DNA from: Octopus vulgaris
Taxonomy: Eukaryota
NCBI GenBank assembly: GCA_951406725.2
Contig: OX597835.1
Coordinates: 19,840,001-19,904,000, forward strand
Direction of reading: 5' to 3'
Length of the DNA stretch: 64,000 nt
Shown: piece after piece, positions 58,225 through 64,000 of the stretch
Numbering within the stretch: position 1 is the first letter of the stretch
Layout of the letters: every line of letters begins with the position of its first letter
The notes under the pieces: model-generated
What the model was told of the DNA's origin: nothing
What the model saw: only the letters and a program-made list of their open reading frames with translations
Databases searched by the model: none
Position numbers and translations under genes: made by a program

Positions 58225-58532
58225 GATAGATAGATAGATAGATAAATAGATAGACACACAGATCAGACAGATATTGATACATACACGCGTATACATCAGC
58301 ACACACACACACACACATATTGTGATTCTGTTTGATATGAAAAACAATATACATATTGACATAGATATACATACAGGCACACAGGCACACACAGCCACAC
58401 CCAAACACAACCAACCTCATCCACGCACATATATGTATAGATACACATAAAGTGATAGATAGATAGATAGATAAATAGATAGACACACAGACAGACAGAT
58501 AGATAAATAGATAGATAGACACACAGACAGAC

Positions 58533-58589
<57 letters not shown>

Positions 58590-58652
58590 GACATACAGAC
58601 AGATAGATGGATAGATAGATAGATATACATACAGACAGACAGACAGACAGAC

Positions 58653-58689
<37 letters not shown>

Positions 58690-58702
58690 CATACATACAT
58701 AC

Positions 58703-58775
<73 letters not shown>

Positions 58776-58778
58776 GAT
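58225..58778. repeat. (GATA)n/(GACA)n microsatellite field
   Basis: Directly visible. Confidence 0.95.
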
Positions 58779-58988
58779 ATACTCTGACTGAAGCTTAAGC
58801 AGAAAAAAAAAAGATTAAATTCCCCTTTTTTATATATTACTCTCATTTCCTGAAGGTTCCATCCCAACAATCTTGAAATCATTCCGGCAATCTTCCAAAT
58901 TTACACTGCAAAATTATTCGTTTTATTTTAGCTTTGAATTTTTCTAGATTTTCTTTTATTTTCAACGAAATAAACAAAAGATTGCAGC

Positions 58989-59109
58989 CTTCTTTTCTTC
59001 TTCTTCTTCTTCTTCTTCTTCTTCTCCTTCTTCTTCTTCTTCTTCTTCTTCTTCTTCTTCTTCTTCTTCTTCTTCTTCTTCTTCTTCTTCTTCTTCTTCT
59101 TCTTCTTCT
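58989..59109. repeat. (CTT)n microsatellite
   Basis: Directly visible; source of the poly-E and poly-L ORFs. Confidence 0.98.
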
Positions 59110-60305
59110 GCTTTGTACAGGAAACGTTTCTTATATTGATATGTCAGTGGAAACAACAAACAAATTTATGTTGCATTGTTAATATATTCCTTTGACTTAG
59201 TTTTTTTTCTTTTTCTGTTTTTTTTTTTTTCAGGTAGTAAATTCAAGGATTTTGTTTTCCAGCAGTAAAAGAGAAAGAAAAACGAAATTTTACAAAAACA
59301 CAATGAAAATAATCTTAAATCATTATACAAACAAAAGGAAACCAAAGATCCGCGAACAAAAGAGATCAACTTTTTTTTTTCTAGTTAGTAAAATAAAAGT
59401 ATTGGTTTCTTAGATGGATAGGTACAAGTGATAAAGTTATGTTTTTGGCGTGCACTAGCTGTAGTCTATTATAACTGATAAATACTTGGGTGGGAGAAGA
59501 AAACAAACCATCAAGGGTTAGAATTAAACGGCATCTCATTTATTTTTTCCGTTACATTCCCACCTTTTCTACTCCGGTGCTCTAGTATACCATTATATCA
59601 GTATGTTATTTTGCATGAATCAGCGTATATTTATGAATTAGGTTTTTCCACTTGGCAGTGAAAATAATTAAGATACAATAATAATGAACACTTTTCCATT
59701 GTTAGCTATTGTAAAAAGAAAGAAACTATATCAAGTATATATTCAAAACACTTAGCATAATTAAATATTCCCGTTTGTGGGTGAAAAAAGTGACGCTCCA
59801 CGATTTCTTTTCTTTTTTTTTGTATATACATTAGTATTCTGCTTTCTCAAAGCCATTCTAAAATCGTTCTAAATGCATATAGTGATTTAATTCCATCCTG
59901 GTTAACTTTTGTACATATCACCAAATATTTTACTCACCGAGTTTTATTTAAAAAAAAACAAGAAGGTTTCAACTCAGCCCGGAATTCCACCGGTGTTCTA
60001 AGTAATATGTTTCAGCTTATGTCGTTCCAGTTTTGTATACAAATATAAGTGTATACAATCGGTTTCTTAATAAAGTACGTTATCAAGTGTGCATATCATT
60101 TTAATGAATTAATGTTGTTATATTCTATAAATTGATGTATAACATATCGAATCAATTTTGAAAGCATCCAGGTAGAAGGAATATGTAACGTATCGAATGA
60201 GAGTGTTTAGCACGAGCCTTATGTAAGACATAACGCGAAGTTAGAGTACGGTTCTCCTGCATACCTCTCGTTTGCATAAATTAAACTACTGTCGACGAGT
60301 TGGAC

Positions 60306-61300
60306 TCAACCTTCTAATGTGTCATGCTCGTTGTTCCCTATGTACTGGTCAACTGCCATGTGTCTACAGGACTGCGAATTTTCATGGGAAAAGTAGCGCT
60401 GAAATGCAAAGCAGATTTCATGATGTTTCTCGCATGACATTGCTGTGACACTTTTTAGGGAAGTACTGGAGGATGTGAAACTCCCCAATGAATCTAGGAG
60501 AGAATATGTGATCAAAGACGAAAGCGGACAACGCTCCATATCTTGCCGTTGAAACTGTCCATTCACGTTAATGTATTATTGAGAAGTCCCGGAGGCAACC
60601 CAAGACTGTGTGAAATAATTATGGAAATAATTAGACATAAAGCAAGTTTTACGAATAAAGTGTATATGATTTGATATTCTATTTAAGAGTAACAAGATCT
60701 CCTAGCATCTGTTCTCTGTCACCCGGGATATTGAACACAACTACGAAACGCGAGTATTCATCAACTTATAAGTCTGAAATAATTGAAACAATAGCTAACG
60801 TTTCCTTGAACTTAGTCGTTACTTCGTCTTTGATGCTTTGATAAGAATCTCTTCTAAGCAGTGATAGATCCGGAGGTTTTATTTTAGCACTGACGCTAAA
60901 ACAGACATTAGTTCTCGTCACATCTTTTGCAGAGGAATTGAGATTCTTCCTGCTGAAAAAATGTTACCAGGGTGCTCTTATGTGTCATCCCCCAATGTAA
61001 ATGTCAGAAAGCGAGAATGTACAGACAACTGAACAGATGTATGCGCGAAAAACCTGTCTCAAAATGAAAGCAATTCCTTGTGTACACTCTACATACTCGA
61101 ATCATTGCATTCTTTATCTTTGTACAACTTTTTATATACTCAGAAAACTAACCCTTGATCAGTGACCAGGTTAAATTGGTATCGTGTCAGGTATCAGTTC
61201 CATTTTTGCGATGAGTCGATAAAAGCAGTAGTTTAATGCACTTCCTTATGACCTCCATTACATAAATACCGAAAGGCCTCCCTCCGTGAATAGTGACAGC
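60306..61300 (-). pseudogene. Very decayed L1/Tx1-like reverse transcriptase relic
   Basis: Minus strand INVNGQFQRQDMERCPLSSLITYSLLDSL resembles VNG...RQGCPLSPLL..LEPL; upstream LMNT and NRISNHIHFIR fall in the expected order; many stops. Confidence 0.4.
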
Positions 61301-62644
61301 AGAAATACTTACAACCGATGATTCATAATCTACAATAGAGGGCATTCTTCACCCACTGAGTTTAAAGCCGCCTACTCTTACACCCGTTTTAGCAATTTCA
61401 ACGCACATAGAGGCATTTAATCTATGAAAATTACTTTCCGTATATAAACGTCGAATATCATCAAAGAAATTATAGATGCACTCAGCACACAATGGGATCA
61501 TGCTGCTGGCCTTGACAAGGGTCTTATATTTTCTGCTAGTAGAATTTCGATTAGTTCGCAAAGGCTGCATCTGGCTGATGCCGTTCTCGAAACAATCTCT
61601 GAGGACAAGACAAAAAAGAAGCATATCCATAGATGTCACGGATCTCTAGCAGTTGTTTAGATTTCTAGCAATTGATTGTGTTACTTATAGGATTGTAGCG
61701 TCCAGTTTCTGTTTGTATATAGGGAAACTCAGACGTATTGACAAAGGAGAGTAAGGGGATTACATATTCATTGATAAAACATTCATTTTCAGTAGCCGTT
61801 TAGAGATGAGAAAGAAGATAAGGGCAGTCACATATTTCGTCTGACTGTTAAGAGTTTGTATAAAGAGTATAATTTACTACGTAAATCATGTTCTTTATAC
61901 AGCATAACGTTGAACTTGCACAAACAAAATTCCACTTCTTGTGATACCTGTAATACTGAGAGAGGAAGAGTCAAATCTCTTTCAAATTTTATAGTTAAAA
62001 CGTATAGAAACTTGAAAATGAACTATCATCTCATAGACACTATTTTTGAGCAGAAAAATACAGAAGTCCTGCCTCGAAAGTTATTGAACACATATCGCTT
62101 CAACAGCTGTATATTTTCGGCTAAACCCGCAACAAGAGAAACAACCAAAACAAAAATGTAACAGCGTTAAGATTTTGTTATAAGGCTATGTTCTATGCTG
62201 TCTTCCTCTCTGGAAAACATTGTAAATCTACCTCCCTCAAATTAGACATGACAGGCTTAAAACCGGAAAAAAGACATCGGATAATAACATTTCAATGTCT
62301 GATAAAAGCAAAGACAGGACGGTGATAGACGGAACAGCTTTGAACATGTTTCTGATAAATCTTTCAGTTAACCTGGGGCAAGATATTTCGGAAGAATCAG
62401 AACAACATCTGCAAAAATTACAAAGCTATATCTCAAAAGTAGTGTCTACGCCAGAATTTATTCTGCCGTAAACAAGTTATTTTGTAAAACAGAAAAGAAA
62501 ATACAAGTATTTCTGGTGCACGGTTCGATTCTTATCAGCGGCAGGGGAGTGTTTATCTTCTTCTTTTCTATCTAACTTCTGTTGTTTACAAAAGTAAAAC
62601 TTTTAATGTCAATTTTATGAAAATACAGTTATTAGTATTCCATA

Positions 62645-62665
62645 ATATATATACATACACACACA

Positions 62666-62731
<66 letters not shown>

Positions 62732-62804
62732 CACTTATCTAGGTACAAACATATGTACAAACATACTTGTATATATATATACTAAAGTAAAATTATTTAT
62801 ATAA

Positions 62805-62868
<64 letters not shown>

Positions 62869-63299
62869 TGTATGTGTACGTGTGTGTATATTTAACTTGT
62901 ATTAGTGTAGTGTTTCAACCTTTCAAATATCCATAAAAACATAGGCACACAGAAACAGACGCGAACAAACGCACTCATGCACACACACACACAAGCATAC
63001 ACCCATAATCACATCACATACGGAAACACTCACATATATATTGTATTGCATACAAACCCGCTCGCCTACGTAAAAACATTTATATATATATATAGTTACA
63101 AATATATACATCGATACCAACCGACCTTACTACATATCTACATAAATAAATACCCGCGTATACACACGCATACATATATGTATATATGAGCGTGTGTATA
63201 TGCATATATGTGTGTATATATGTATATATACATATATGTGCATATATATCCATATACCTATATGTACATATACAAATATATAAACACATATATACATAT

Positions 63300-63380
<81 letters not shown>
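62645..63380. repeat. (TA)n/(CA)n low-complexity field
   Basis: Directly visible. Confidence 0.9.
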
Positions 63381-63381
<1 letters not shown>

Positions 63382-64000
63382 GTAATTAGCCTCTTAAAAG
63401 ATTTACAATCAATCAAGCATATACGGAAATAATCTTGTAGGAAATTCCAAACATCTCAAGAGACTTGAGGTTTAACAAAAACATTTATAGACACAAAGAA
63501 ATGTATTGTAATTTCAGAGTTTATGAGAAAAAATGTTTGAAACCAGAACATATTTCGTAGTTAATATCCTTTTTTTTTTCTTTTTCTTTTTTTTTGGTGG
63601 TTGTTCTTTCTCTCTCAATATTATGTTTTGTTCATTGCTTATGTGAGTCAGATGTGATTGCAGTGATTTAACTTCTTCCCCAACGACTTATTCGTTTCTA
63701 ACTGTTTTAGTCTTATTCTGTTCCTCTTTCGAAGTCTGAAAGTCTGCTGACATAACCATCTCACTTTCGATCGCATTCAAAAAAAATTCTTTCTATTCTC
63801 TTCTATGTCTAAATCTCTTTTTATATCTCTCTCCTGTTGTATTGATCTATTGTTCTCTTCTTTTGTCTGTTGTTGAACATCAGTTGATCCTTAAATGAGT
63901 TATCATATTATCATCAATGATTTTCCTCCTCCGAAAACCCGTCCATTTTTATTTCAATTATTTCGTCCCTTGGTTATTTCAGTAACCTATGCAATTCTTT

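Noticed and set aside
59200-59385. Strong polypyrimidine tract plus CAG acceptor at 59233
   Set aside because: No convincing exon or recognisable product follows

Overview
AT-rich, repeat-saturated non-coding animal DNA, either intronic or intergenic. The repeat repertoire suggests an octopus or other coleoid genome; this is an inference from recalled repeat families, not a database match. No intact protein-coding gene, RNA gene or CRISPR array is supportable, and the supplied ORFs are microsatellite or repeat artefacts. The window holds several tRNA-headed SINE families, many with clean target-site duplications (TSDs). It also holds a deleted mariner and a related MITE, Helitron-type relics, decayed non-LTR retrotransposon fragments (REL, RTE, Tx1/L1-like), a ~2 kb tandem duplication and dense di-, tri- and tetranucleotide microsatellites. 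The strongest signal is a set of short (~200 bp) elements embedded in (TA)n tracts that carry minimal hammerhead-ribozyme folds with covarying stems and non-canonical cores, resembling Penelope-like pLTRs or retrozymes. Also notable are a SINE that appears to concatemerise at a fixed internal GTATTTCG site and a chimeric two-SINE retrocopy inside a single TSD.
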